Part shown: one piece after another, positions 32,501 through 43,089 of the stretch
How the letters are laid out: every line of letters starts with the position of its first letter
How positions within the stretch are numbered: the first letter of the stretch is position 1
Assembly: GCA_965226555.1 (NCBI GenBank)
Contig: CBDDDG010000002.1
Span: 64,001-128,000 of the forward strand
Origin: Salinispira sp.
GTDB taxonomy: Bacteria > Spirochaetota > Spirochaetia > DSM-27196 > Salinispiraceae
Direction of reading: 5' to 3'
DNA length: 64,000 nt
Translations under genes and position numbers: made by a program
The notes under the pieces: model-generated
Told to the model about the DNA's origin: nothing
The model's input: the letters and a program-made list of their open reading frames with translations, nothing else
Databases searched by the model: none

Positions 32501-34462
32501 TTTGCCGGTCGCTTTGCCGGTCGCTTTGCCGGTCGCTTTGCCAATGGCTTTTTTGAGCGCCGATTCCACCTCATCCGGATTATGACTGAGAAGCCGCGTT
32601 TCCGTCTTGAGCATGGGGATAATGCTTTCCTGTTGGATGCGGATAAAATCTTCCCAGAGAAAATCGCTGGCTCCCAAAAGTCTGCCCAACTCACCATGGA
32701 AATGGGATGAGGCAAGTATCTCCAGAAAATTTTTCGATGTCGTCATCTGATGCTCAATGAGATCGGTAAAACGAAGCAGGGCCTTGGCAGGATCGGGCGC
32801 CCTATTCAGAAAGAAGGTAAACTGCTTGGTAATGAGAATGGAAAATTTTATATGATCCAGAAGATTTTCATCGTGAACAGGCTTTCCATGATCATCGGTA
32901 AACTCTATGCGGTCAACAATTCTCCCCTGCTGCGTTTCAATTGACACATGTTCAATTCTCAGAGGATGAAGATTCAGTACTATTCCAAGACTAAAAAGAA
33001 AGAAGGGCGTGTCTGACGATTCGATGGTAATGGATGTGGCTGACGCAGTTTGAGCAATGCTGATATTAATTGGGTCGAGCCTGTCCTCAGAAGAAGAACG
33101 TGACAGAATAACAAGTTCAACAAGCTTCTTCTGAATTTTCTCCTTCGGCGCCCCGCCCTCCAGCAGGGTATAGAACTCTGTGAGATGCGCGCGTACCAGC
33201 CCTTCCCAGTGTTCGGGAGCAATATCTTCCGGGACTGTGCCGGTAAAATGATCAACAACCAGCCGGCGTCCATTAATGGCTTCAGTAGTTCGCAAGGATC
33301 CTTCGTGTATCTCCAGAGATGATGCTGCCAGAATACCGCTGAGAATACTGAATAGCTGCGGATGATCGTATGCCACTATGAGAATAGATACACTCCTCCC
33401 CTGTATTTCCGCCCGCAGACTACATGGATTATCAGCTGAAATACCTCCAATGAGGAGCTCGGCAGCCCCGGGGGCGGCAGCAGCCTTGGGGAGCTCGGCG
33501 CCCTCGGGGGCGGCAGCAGCCTTGGGGAGCTCGGCGCCCTCGGGGGCGGCAGCAGCCTTGGGGAGCTCGGCAGCCCCGGGGGAGTCGGCGCCCTCACTTC
33601 GGACAACCCGATACTTCCGAACAAAGCCGCTGGGGCGATAGGTCATTTTTGCCTGACGGAGCCCCGTATTCCCGAGGTCCTGCTCCCTGTTGATATACCG
33701 GTATGTACGGGAAATTACTTTGGCATACGATTGGTTAAGAAACTGATATATCCCCCGATATTGCTCAAGGGCCTTTTCCACATGAATGATAAATGTATCG
33801 CCCGCTATTCCTTCCCCCATGGCATAGGCAACCGGTTTCTTGTCAACGTACACGATATGCCCATCGAGAGCGAGAAAATCCTTGAGTTCCAGCGCTTCCC
33901 TACTCGCGCCATAATCGGCGTCGTCTTCCCGGTTTTTCCGCCACAATTCAAGAATAGTAAGGGCATCATCAATTTTGTCATTGTCCAGCACAGCCGTCTC
34001 ATACTGGTAGGTATTTACAAAGCCGTTTACGAGGTTTCGCTTTTTATGATATTTCCGCCCCCTGAGTTCTGCCAGATCACTGCTCATATAGAGGTAATCG
34101 AAATTATCACGATCCTCACAAACAGTGTATCCCATGCCCGCAAGCTCCGGCGCCAGCGCCTCGGCATAATTCTCCGCAAGATTCCTCACATAATCGACAG
34201 ACCTCAGAAGTTCTTCCTTGAGCAATGAATCATCGGGAAAGCCAAGCGGCAGGCTGTAAAAGCGCTTCCCCTCCTTCGCGCCGCGTATGAGTAATTTCTG
34301 CTGCGGAAGCCAGCTCAATTCATACCCATAGACCTTCCTGAATAAGTACAGCCCGGCAAAGGTAAATTCAGAAATCCCCTCCCCTTCTCTGTTTAACAGG
34401 GGATAAAGCTCATCTCTCCATTGACTGCCTATGGGCACAAAGTCCGGATATTGCGGTATCAT
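29594..34462 (-). CDS. glnE: Fusion: DUF2156 (GNAT/lysyltransferase-like) N-domain + ACT-like region + GlnE adenylyltransferase
   Basis: N-terminal DRDNFDYLY..L.G.KYHKKRN, HVEKA and INREQDLG..GLRQAK..Y.P; two NT domains (GLGKLGG...YASDLEL/DLRLRPHG and GKLGGWELNYSSDID/VDMRLRPYG). Confidence 0.85.
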   Translation of the reverse strand: MIPQYPDFVPIGSQWRDELYPLLNREGEGISEFTFAGLYLFRKVYGYELSWLPQQKLLIRGAKEGKRFYSLPLGFPDDSLLKEELLRSVDYVRNLAENYAEALAPELAGMGYTVCEDRDNFDYLYMSSDLAELRGRKYHKKRNLVNGFVNTYQYETAVLDNDKIDDALTILELWRKNREDDADYGASREALELKDFLALDGHIVYVDKKPVAYAMGEGIAGDTFIIHVEKALEQYRGIYQFLNQSYAKVISRTYRYINREQDLGNTGLRQAKMTYRPSGFVRKYRVVRSEGADSPGAAELPKAAAAPEGAELPKAAAAPEGAELPKAAAAPGAAELLIGGISADNPCSLRAEIQGRSVSILIVAYDHPQLFSILSGILAASSLEIHEGSLRTTEAINGRRLVVDHFTGTVPEDIAPEHWEGLVRAHLTEFYTLLEGGAPKEKIQKKLVELVILSRSSSEDRLDPINISIAQTASATSITIESSDTPFFLFSLGIVLNLHPLRIEHVSIETQQGRIVDRIEFTDDHGKPVHDENLLDHIKFSILITKQFTFFLNRAPDPAKALLRFTDLIEHQMTTSKNFLEILASSHFHGELGRLLGASDFLWEDFIRIQQESIIPMLKTETRLLSHNPDEVESALKKAIGKATGKATGKATGKATGKATGKATGKATGKTTSSGAAEIEYKVRALNEFKNRESFLIDMDHIMMRDQDFFFLSRRLGALADAVLRHACAIAWTDVVSEYGKPRTAGDLPAAWAVFGLGKLGGNALGYASDLELLFIFSDNGETDGRHSISNRSFFNHFFKRAAGFINAKKKGIFQLDLRLRPHGNDGPLAVKLSAFNNYFRAGGAAHSAERLALVRMRHIAGNTELGAQCVALRDHIVYESDSIDIAELRKMRHVQIQEKNRDQAINVKFSPGGLVDLEYNVQILQVIHGRNHKSLRGPGIHDALRGLSELGTIDGEETTAMINVYRFYRNIINGLRMLRGNAEDLFLPDRNTREFLHLARRVGYKKQGNLNEGEQLRIDFETHSARVRRFVERHLGHSAIPGTRNVSIADIILADFVDVQGDGDGAGVGDGDGDGAGVSDGDGDGAGVSDGDGDGAGVSDGDAARESEAVMGFFTACGFHNPRRAYTNIRQITEYAREQFTPLLILAWERVTQSADPDMALNNWEQFVTALDDPAEHFRQLLSKPARMDILFKLFARSQFLADILIQNPGFFLWATDPVVVRRPRTQIDMEEALTAAGVAASREDWRNRLRRIRKKEMLRIGLRDIALGVKIEEIMGEISFLARSCIEVALRWVISQEDDGAAGGGRENVSVLAFGKLGGWELNYSSDIDLLCIYRPDPSLGKDNELRSYTRMFRNLVQDLSEFTKEGQAYRVDMRLRPYGSSGELVSSLPSIIDYYRNTASPWEFQALIKLKPVAGNLILGEEFLGELRGLFEQTWTRHDPLKEIADMRQRSIDHHVTGAGSAPAGAPMGSAPGLKPSAGARGALDITGLNNFDIKNDHGGIRDIEFFLQAQQMIHSIGFPDIFVGNTLRGLYLLASKSIISYETSEKLSEYYRFLRRIEHYLQLADNRQLHCLPETEQAFLKLIRCVQPQWSAGKFIRYLRSVLKEVNGMYRGLFATDT
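31155..31280. repeat. 30-bp in-frame tandem repeat x4 in glnE (DGDGAGVSDG)
   Basis: accatcgctgacaccggcgccatcaccatc units. Confidence 0.9.
32452..32542. repeat. 12-bp in-frame tandem repeat x7 in glnE (GKAT)
   Basis: tttgccggtcgc units. Confidence 0.9.
33455..33590. repeat. 36-bp in-frame tandem repeat (3-4 copies) at the DUF2156/GlnE junction
   Basis: AELPKAAAAPEG units. Confidence 0.9.
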
Positions 34463-34498
34463 ATTCTGAATATATAAAAAAACAGGCAAAACGTCAGT

Positions 34499-35560
34499 AT
34501 GCCAGAATTAATAGATTTCACTCCTGCCCGCCCAAGCGTCCGGGGTTTTCCGTCCACACGGTATCAGGGCAGCAAGTACAAAATTGTCGATTGGATTGAC
34601 CGCAGCACCCGGCATCTGCGGGGCAGCTCCGTGTTGGACGCGTTCAGCGGCACGGGCTGCGTTGGCTACATGTACAAACGGAACGGCAGGCGGGTCATCT
34701 GCAACGATGCCCTGAAGTTCAACTACTACATCGGGCTCGCGCTCATCGAAAATAAGAATGTGCGTCTGAATGCCGATGATCTGGATTTCCTGCTCAACAA
34801 ACACAGCGGCATGAGCTATCCGACCTTCATCGCCGACACCTTTCAGAACATCTATTTTTCTGATGATGAAAACATCTGGCTCGACATCGTCATCACCAAT
34901 ATCAGATGCCTTGAGAACAGATACAAGCAGGCACTCGCCTTTTACGCCCTGTTTCAATCCTGCATCATTAAGCGCCCCTACAATCTTTTTCACCGGAAAA
35001 ACCTCTACCTGCGCCAAGCCAAAGTCGCGCGCAGTTTCGGCAACAAAACAACATGGGATCGCCCCTTCGAAGAGCACTTCAGAAAATTCGCCGCCGAGGC
35101 AAACGCCGCCGTCTTCGACAACGGCAGAGACAACCGCGCCCAATGCTCACATATCTTCAATGTGAATGTGAATGCCGATATTATCTACATTGATACTCCC
35201 TACATTTCCGCCCGCGGCGCCGGGGTCAATTATCTCGATTTTTACCATTTCCTCGAAGGCATTGTCCGCTACGAGCAATGGCCGACCCTCATAGACAATA
35301 CATCGAAGCACCGAAAACTCCAAAACAGCAGAAACGAATGGTGCAGCAGAGAACAGATACACGGCGCCTTCGAAGGCCTCTTCGCAAAATTCCGCAATTC
35401 CGCCCTCGCCGTCTCATACCGCGCAGACGGCACCCCAACCATTCCCGAATTGGTCGCCATGCTGAAACAGCAGGGCAAAACCGTAGAAGTCAACACACTC
35501 GACTACAAATACGCCCTGAGCAAAACCGCCTCCCGCGAAGTGCTGATAACCGCGGTGTGA
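34499..35560 (+). CDS. DNA adenine methyltransferase (D12/Dam-like class), no adjacent REase
   Basis: RYQGSK, LDAFSGTGCV (motif I), IYIDTPY (variant motif IV). Confidence 0.8.
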   Translation: MPELIDFTPARPSVRGFPSTRYQGSKYKIVDWIDRSTRHLRGSSVLDAFSGTGCVGYMYKRNGRRVICNDALKFNYYIGLALIENKNVRLNADDLDFLLNKHSGMSYPTFIADTFQNIYFSDDENIWLDIVITNIRCLENRYKQALAFYALFQSCIIKRPYNLFHRKNLYLRQAKVARSFGNKTTWDRPFEEHFRKFAAEANAAVFDNGRDNRAQCSHIFNVNVNADIIYIDTPYISARGAGVNYLDFYHFLEGIVRYEQWPTLIDNTSKHRKLQNSRNEWCSREQIHGAFEGLFAKFRNSALAVSYRADGTPTIPELVAMLKQQGKTVEVNTLDYKYALSKTASREVLITAV

Positions 35561-35693
35561 AAGCGCGAAAGCCCAAACTACTATGGCAGGAAGCCCTGTT
35601 ATGTGCTATATTCTCTGCGAGATGAGGGGCTTTAATGGAGCGGAGCTCGGCGCAGCGTAAGCATCTATGATCTCCGCAAACAGGGGGCGCGCA

Positions 35694-36497
35694 ATGACCG
35701 AATATCAATTGAAAAACCTGCCGCCCAGCCCCCATGTGGAGACGCCGGACGTTCTCAGGGCGCTGGCGGGAGCGCACAGGAACCTTGGGGAATTATTCAC
35801 GGGCGCTCCGAACCGGATTCTCCGCGATCCGCGAGCGCGGCGTTTTAAGCAATAATCTCATTCTGGAAATTCAGAAAGGTATTGAGCAGAATGAGGCGGG
35901 CTTCAGAAAGCTCCCCGGCACCGAACTTCGCAACGATCTGACAAACGAAATAGTGTACATGCCGCCGCAATCGGGCGATGAAGTGCTCCGGCTCATGCGC
36001 AACCTTGAAGAGTACATCAACAACGATTCCATTCATAATACGGACGCGCTCATCAAAATGGCTATTACACCCTGCTCCGGAGTGTTCATAACGAAGGAAA
36101 TTGGGAAGCATGGATTCTCTACATGCTCAATGGAATTCGTGAGACCGCCCGACAGACAATTGATCTGATATTGGAAATTCGAAAGCTGATGCAGGACTAC
36201 AAGCAACGGATTCGGGCGAATTACCCGTTTTACAGCCAGGAACTGCTGAACAATCTCTTTGTCCACCCCTATACGAAGATCGATTTTCTTGCCGCTGCCC
36301 TGTCCGTCCATCGTCAGACGGCTTCCCGCTATCTCGATCAGTTGGCTGGCGGCGGTCTGCTGAAATTGGCAAAGATCGGCCGCACCCACTACTACATTAA
36401 CGAACCCCTGTTTGCCCTGTTCAGCGCAGAGATCCCCGGGGGCAGGGAGGTGGTGCGCTTATGGTTGAATTGGCCGAAAAGCTGGATGGACTATTGA
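35694..36497 (+). pseudogene. Fic-family protein remnant
   Basis: Three frames: LPP..VET..VLRAL..A.R.LGEL, GFRKLPGT.L.N...IVYMPP, and ELLNNLF.HPYTKI + HTH; catalytic HPFxDGNGR segment absent. Confidence 0.75.
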
Positions 36498-36582
36498 TCC
36501 ATAGTAAAAATTTGATACATTGGGGAAATGAGGAAACCTTTCACCAACGCATGTGGAATGCGCAGAGATAACACGGGGGAAT

Positions 36583-37011
36583 ATGGACAATAAGGCACGG
36601 TGGCAATATCGGTTCGATAATTACCGAAGGGCATACTTTTTGTTGCGCGAAATTTGCGGGCGATATCAACAGGAAACACTGGAACAGATTGCCAGAGAGG
36701 GCATGATACGGCGCTTTGCCGCGTGTATGGAATTGGCATGGAAGACCATGAAAGATTATATGGAACACAACGGTATAATGTTCGCGGAGGTTTTCCCCAC
36801 GAGTGTTATAAAAGAAGCGGGAGCAACAAAGCTTATCAACAATCCTGAACTATGGCTCAAAGCTCTGGATGACCGCAACAAAATGAGCCATACCTACGAT
36901 TTCGAAAAATTTGAGCGGGTAATTGGTAACATCAGCAATTTCTATATTGAAGACTGCTTTGGAGCGTTATACGAAAAGTTATCGGTAACATTGCTGGATA
37001 TGCTGGTATGA
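36583..37011 (+). CDS. HEPN / nucleotidyltransferase substrate-binding protein (HI0074-like toxin)
   Basis: RW.YRFDNY, ELAWKTMKDY, RNKMSHTY (Rx4H). Confidence 0.85.
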   Translation: MDNKARWQYRFDNYRRAYFLLREICGRYQQETLEQIAREGMIRRFAACMELAWKTMKDYMEHNGIMFAEVFPTSVIKEAGATKLINNPELWLKALDDRNKMSHTYDFEKFERVIGNISNFYIEDCFGALYEKLSVTLLDMLV

Positions 37012-37331
37012 ACCACGGCATACAACAGCAACATTTGAACACCATTCGGGACATATTACAAAATACCTGCGCGCATATTGATCGGGTAGACCTGTTTGGT
37101 TCCCGAGCTACCGGGAAATTCAGGGAAACATCGGACATCGATTTAGCGATCCATGGAGATATTAGCGAAGAGGAAGGCGACCGCCTGTACACCCGATTTT
37201 TTGAGAGTATGATCCCGCACAAGATCGATGTAACAGTGTATGGGCATGTTAGTTATCCTCCTTTTAAGAGACACATTGATGCAGTAGCGAAAACCCTGTT
37301 CACCAATGAGCAGATTTATCATACTACGTAA
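37008..37331 (+). CDS. Minimal nucleotidyltransferase (MNT) antitoxin
   Basis: LFGSRATG....SDIDLAI; ATGA overlap with the HEPN gene. Confidence 0.88.
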   Translation: MNHGIQQQHLNTIRDILQNTCAHIDRVDLFGSRATGKFRETSDIDLAIHGDISEEEGDRLYTRFFESMIPHKIDVTVYGHVSYPPFKRHIDAVAKTLFTNEQIYHTT

Positions 37332-37614
37332 CGGGCTATGTCTATAGTGATGGGATGATGCGGGAAAAACTGGGTGATAATACCATCTGAGCACCTGCGA
37401 AGGATCGCATTTCGCGCATTTTCGTCCACCTCATACCGGTATCTACTCGGCCCACAAACTTCTCCGGTTCCCGATCTAAGGATTTATTATCCGATTGAGC
37501 GCATTCACCGATTCAGCGGATGTTGGGATTGACAGGTTTTCTGAGCACAATTATACTGTCCCATACTTACGAGACTGTTGCCGTGCAACAATCTCAGATA
37601 ATAGGAGAAATTAT

Positions 37615-38040
37615 ATGGGAATACCAGAAGATAAAAAGACCGCCTGTCATGGGATTATCCACACAGCCGCGGTTGCGTGTGGAGGAGTAGGGGCTGGACT
37701 TGCCCAATTGCCTGGAACAGATAATGCTATAATTGTACCGATTCAAGCTGGTATGATTGTTGGCTTAGCTCTAGTTTTTGGTAAAGTGGTCGGTAAAGAA
37801 ACTGCAATCGTAGCCATGGGTACTCAAGCAACGACAGTAATTGGACGGGGGCTATCTCAAGTTCTTGTTGGGTGGATACCCGTTTTGGGAAATGCCATTA
37901 ATGCGAGTACTGCAACTGCCGTGACAGAAGCTCTCGGATGGGCCGTTGCTAATCTTTTTTCAAAGATGGAAAGTAACAAAGAAAATTTGACTAAGGATGA
38001 TATCGAAGATCTTCTTAAGGAAGCATCAAAAAAAACATAG
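37615..38040 (+). CDS. DUF697-like small membrane-associated protein
   Basis: IIHTAA...GAGLAQLPG.D...IVPIQ..MI, IPVLGNAINA.TA...TEALGW; AGGAG RBS. Confidence 0.65.
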   Translation: MGIPEDKKTACHGIIHTAAVACGGVGAGLAQLPGTDNAIIVPIQAGMIVGLALVFGKVVGKETAIVAMGTQATTVIGRGLSQVLVGWIPVLGNAINASTATAVTEALGWAVANLFSKMESNKENLTKDDIEDLLKEASKKT

Positions 38041-38137
38041 TAGGGAAGCTCTGGAAACTCACTGTTCGGTAGCGATGTGTGGAGCCAAAAGAAGTGCGAA
38101 TGCGGGCATGAGTGACGAAAATACGGGTAAGATTCCC
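38040..38137 (+). other. Possible degenerate 23S rRNA fragment
   Basis: gaagtgcgaatgcgggcatgagtgacgaaaatacgggtaagattccc resembles, from memory, a conserved segment at the 23S domain II/III boundary. Confidence 0.45.
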
Positions 38138-38194
38138 ATTCCTGACGATAACTACATATCCAGCATTATTTCCCGCATGGAGGAGTAGACAGTT

Positions 38195-39331
38195 ATGGCA
38201 GTTGAGAATGGGTTGATTGGCGATATTAGGGGAATTATCTCGCAAGCTCGCTCGTTGACTCGCCGGAGTATTGATTCTCTGCAGGTTGTTTCCAACTATT
38301 TAATTGGTCGGAGGATTGTTGAAGAAGAACAAGACGGGAAAGAGCGGGCGGAATATGGTAAAGAAACGCTGAAATTTTTGTCTGCGAAACTGACGTGGGA
38401 GTTTGGTAAAGGATATTCTCTTAGCAACCTCAAATATATGCGAAAGTTTTACCTGACATATATGCCGGGCATTGAAGAAAAAATTTCTCCAATGCCTCTC
38501 ATTTCTGCTGATAAACAAAAAAGGCAAACATTGTCTGCCCTTTTTGTGGACGGAATTGCGCGCGCAGAATCTGATACACTAAATCTGCTTGAAATTGGCC
38601 AAACACTGTCTGGCTTTTTGCCCTTGAGTTGGTCGCATTATCTTTTTCTCATGAGCATTTCACATAATGATGAGCGCCGTTTTTACGAAATTGAATCGGA
38701 AAACGAGCATTGGTCTCTTCGCGAGCTGAAAAGGCAATTCAATACCAGTCTGTATGAGCGATTAGCGATCAGCGCGGACAAGGCGGGGGTGAAAAAGCTC
38801 TCCGAGCGCGGGCAAGTAATTGAGTCTCATTCCGATGTCATTAAAGATCCGCTGGTGCTGGAGTTTCTTGGTCTGGAGGAAGATCACCGGTATTCTGAAA
38901 CAGATTTGGAAACCGCAATTATCAATAAATTAGAGCATTTTATTTTAGAGCTGGGCAAGGGGTTTTTATTTGAAGCGCGGCAAAAACGCATTTCCTTCGA
39001 TGAAGATCATTTTTTTGTTGACCTCGTTTTTTATAACCGCCTGCTGCGCTGTTATGTCATTATCGATCTGAAAATAGGTGAGCTCAAGCATCAGGATCTC
39101 GGACAAATGCAGATGTATGTCAACTATTTTGATCGCTATGTGAAATTAGAAGATGAGCAGCCGACAATCGGCATTATACTCTGCAAAAAGAAAAAAGATT
39201 CGCTGGTAGAAATTACCCTCCCCAAAAACGCCAACATTCATGCCGCCAAATACCAGACCTACCTGCCCGACAAAGAATTGCTGAAAAAGCAATTGGACGA
39301 GGCTCAGGTAGAGTGGGAAGCGCGGCAATGA
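38195..39331 (+). CDS. YhcG/DUF1016 PD-(D/E)XK nuclease-domain protein
   Basis: IGRRIVEEEQ.G..RAEYG, LSWSHY, IKDPLVLEFL, FFVDLVFYNRLLRCYVIIDLK, GQMQMYVNY. Confidence 0.9.
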   Translation: MAVENGLIGDIRGIISQARSLTRRSIDSLQVVSNYLIGRRIVEEEQDGKERAEYGKETLKFLSAKLTWEFGKGYSLSNLKYMRKFYLTYMPGIEEKISPMPLISADKQKRQTLSALFVDGIARAESDTLNLLEIGQTLSGFLPLSWSHYLFLMSISHNDERRFYEIESENEHWSLRELKRQFNTSLYERLAISADKAGVKKLSERGQVIESHSDVIKDPLVLEFLGLEEDHRYSETDLETAIINKLEHFILELGKGFLFEARQKRISFDEDHFFVDLVFYNRLLRCYVIIDLKIGELKHQDLGQMQMYVNYFDRYVKLEDEQPTIGIILCKKKKDSLVEITLPKNANIHAAKYQTYLPDKELLKKQLDEAQVEWEARQ

Positions 39332-39377
39332 ACGATCAGAATGGCGCAAAGACATGTAGGTTTTGGTTGGCCCGCCT

Positions 39378-41468
39378 TCACCCGCGCATATTCAGCATTT
39401 CGAGGAGGCGGTCGCTGGTGAGTCCGAGTTCTGCGGCAACCATGGCGCCGGGGGCGCTCATGCCGAAGCGGTCGATGGAGAGAATGTGATCTCGGGAGCT
39501 TGCCAGCCCTTCCCAGCCCATGGCGATGCCGGCCTCAACGACAAAGACCGCCGAGCCGCGCGGAATGAGCCGCTCGCGGAAGGCGGTGTTTTGCGCATCG
39601 AAGAGCTTTCGGCAGGTCATTGAGATAACCCGGACAACGGTATTGGCCTGCGAATCGGCGTAGGCCTGCCCCGCTGTGATCGCGAGCTGCACTTCGGAGC
39701 CCGTGGCGATAATTGCTATGGTATTTGCGGATGCTGGAGCGCTGGCGCTGTCGGATGCTGGCGCGTTGGCGCGGGCAGCAGAGACGGCTGCTCCAGTGGG
39801 CGGGGGAGCGTCGGCGCGGGCAGCAGAGCTTTCGAAGGCAATATATGCGCCGCGGTGGAAATCTTCTTTCCAGTGGGGAGGTTTAGCATAGACCTCAAGT
39901 TTCTGGCGGGTGAGTATGAGGGCAACGGGGCCCTTGCGGCGGAGCAGGGCATGTTTCCATGCCTCCTGCGTTTCTTCGGCATCGGCGGGGCGCAGCACAT
40001 GGAGGTTGGGAATGGCGCGGAGCGCGCATATCTGCTCTACTGGTTGGTGAGTTGGACCGTCTTCTCCAATGAAAACGGAGTCGTGGGTAAAAACATATAC
40101 AACCGGAAGATTCATGAGCGCCGCGAGGCGGATGGCGGGGCGCATATAATCGCTGAACACCAGAAAGGTTGCCGCGTAGGGGCGAAGACCGCCGTAGAGT
40201 ATCATGCCGTTCACAATGGCGCCCATCCCATGTTCCCGAACGCCGAAACGGAGGTTGCGCCCGCCGTAGTTGTCGGCGGAAAAGTCAGTTTCAGCCTTTA
40301 TGAGGGTGTTATTCGATGGCGCCAAGTCGGCGGAGCCGCCGATGAGGTTGCCGAGGGCTGCCGACAGTTTCTGAAGAGTTGCGCCGCTCGAAACGCGGGT
40401 TGCCTCTGAATCTCCGCAGGCATATTCAGGCAGGGTCGGCAGGTCGGCGCTTGTAATATCAGCATGCCACTTCTGCCACTTCGCATGAAGCTCGGGGTTG
40501 TCCGCTGCCCATGCGTCAAAAAGGGTGTTCCAGTCCTGTTCCCGCGCCGTCCATTCCCGGCGCTTTTCTGCGAAGAACTCATCGACTCCGGGGAGCTTGT
40601 GGAAGGGTTCGTTTGGGATGTTCATGTTTTTTCGGAACGCGCGCATTTCTTCATCGCCGAGGGGGGAACCGTGCACGCCGGCGCTGCCTTCCTTGTTTGG
40701 GGCGCCCTTTCCGATGGTTGAATTAAGAATGATGAGGCTCGGTCTGCCGCCGGTCTTCAGCGCTTCTGCCTGAGCGGCGTTGAGGGCGCTATCCATAGCA
40801 GAAAAAGAGTAGGCATCGGCATGCTGAACATGCCAGCCCATGGCATCAAACTTCCGTCCGACATCTTCTGAAAATGCCAGCTTCGTGCTTCCTTCAATAC
40901 TGATTTTGTTGCTGTCGTAGAAGACAATGAGCTTGCTCAGTTTTACATGTCCGGCGAGGCTTGCCGCCTCAGTTGATATGCCCTCCATGACGCAGCCGTC
41001 GCCCATGAGCGCATACACAAAGTGATTAATGATGCTGTGCCGCTCCGTGTTGAAGACGGCTGCGCAATGGGCCGCCGCCATGGCCATGCCGACCGCGTTG
41101 GCGAGCCCCTGCCCGAGGGGGCCGGTGGTCGTTTCAATTCCATCGGTGTGTCCGTACTCAGGATGCCCCGGGGTCAGAGAATGAAGTTGGCGAAAGTTCT
41201 TCAGTTCCTTGAGCGGAAGCTGATATCCGCACAGGTGGAGAAGTGAATACATGAGCATTGACCCGTGACCCGCCGAGAGAACAAAGCGATCCCTATTTGC
41301 CCAGCCCGAATTTTCAGGATTATGCACGAGACGCTCGGCAAATAGCCATGCCCCGAACTCCGCCATTCCGAGCGGCAGCCCGGGATGCCCACTGTTTGCC
41401 GCTTCAACGCCATCCGCTGAAAGAGAGCGTATGGTCTTTGCAACCGATTCCAAACCATGTATATTCAT
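39378..41468 (-). CDS. tkt: Transketolase
   Basis: SGHPG, RDRFVLSAGHGS, TTGPLGQG, GDGCVMEG, THDS...GEDGPTHQP. Confidence 0.97.
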   Translation of the reverse strand: MNIHGLESVAKTIRSLSADGVEAANSGHPGLPLGMAEFGAWLFAERLVHNPENSGWANRDRFVLSAGHGSMLMYSLLHLCGYQLPLKELKNFRQLHSLTPGHPEYGHTDGIETTTGPLGQGLANAVGMAMAAAHCAAVFNTERHSIINHFVYALMGDGCVMEGISTEAASLAGHVKLSKLIVFYDSNKISIEGSTKLAFSEDVGRKFDAMGWHVQHADAYSFSAMDSALNAAQAEALKTGGRPSLIILNSTIGKGAPNKEGSAGVHGSPLGDEEMRAFRKNMNIPNEPFHKLPGVDEFFAEKRREWTAREQDWNTLFDAWAADNPELHAKWQKWHADITSADLPTLPEYACGDSEATRVSSGATLQKLSAALGNLIGGSADLAPSNNTLIKAETDFSADNYGGRNLRFGVREHGMGAIVNGMILYGGLRPYAATFLVFSDYMRPAIRLAALMNLPVVYVFTHDSVFIGEDGPTHQPVEQICALRAIPNLHVLRPADAEETQEAWKHALLRRKGPVALILTRQKLEVYAKPPHWKEDFHRGAYIAFESSAARADAPPPTGAAVSAARANAPASDSASAPASANTIAIIATGSEVQLAITAGQAYADSQANTVVRVISMTCRKLFDAQNTAFRERLIPRGSAVFVVEAGIAMGWEGLASSRDHILSIDRFGMSAPGAMVAAELGLTSDRLLEMLNMRG

Positions 41469-41526
41469 TATAATTACCTCTTAAGCTGTTAAGCTGTTAT
41501 TTATATAATAGTATATCAGAAATTAA

Positions 41527-42699
<1,173 letters not shown>

Positions 42700-43089
42700 G
42701 GCAATACAGTTGCAGGGATACTGAACCGCCGTTCCAGAGAAATGGGATATAAACCTTTGAACTGACCCCCACTTTGACCTATTATGCGATCATTTCTTCA
42801 TCATGCCAAACCCTCCATCACTCGCTGGTAGATCGTGTGATCCGTTGCTCCATTATGATCGACCTGATCTGGAGAATATCCCTATCCACATCGGTATTCC
42901 GCTACCGGAAATAATGAAAAAATATGAAAAAGAATGAATTTTAGGGTTTACAGTATATTCAAAGTGATGGAGAATGGAGTATTCTTAGTATTAAGAACCG
43001 ATGAATAATTTTTTCTGCGTGGAAAAAAGACTACCGGCAGATATAATGGAGTTATTCAAAGGTTTCTATTTTTTTATTTGGAGGAAAGT

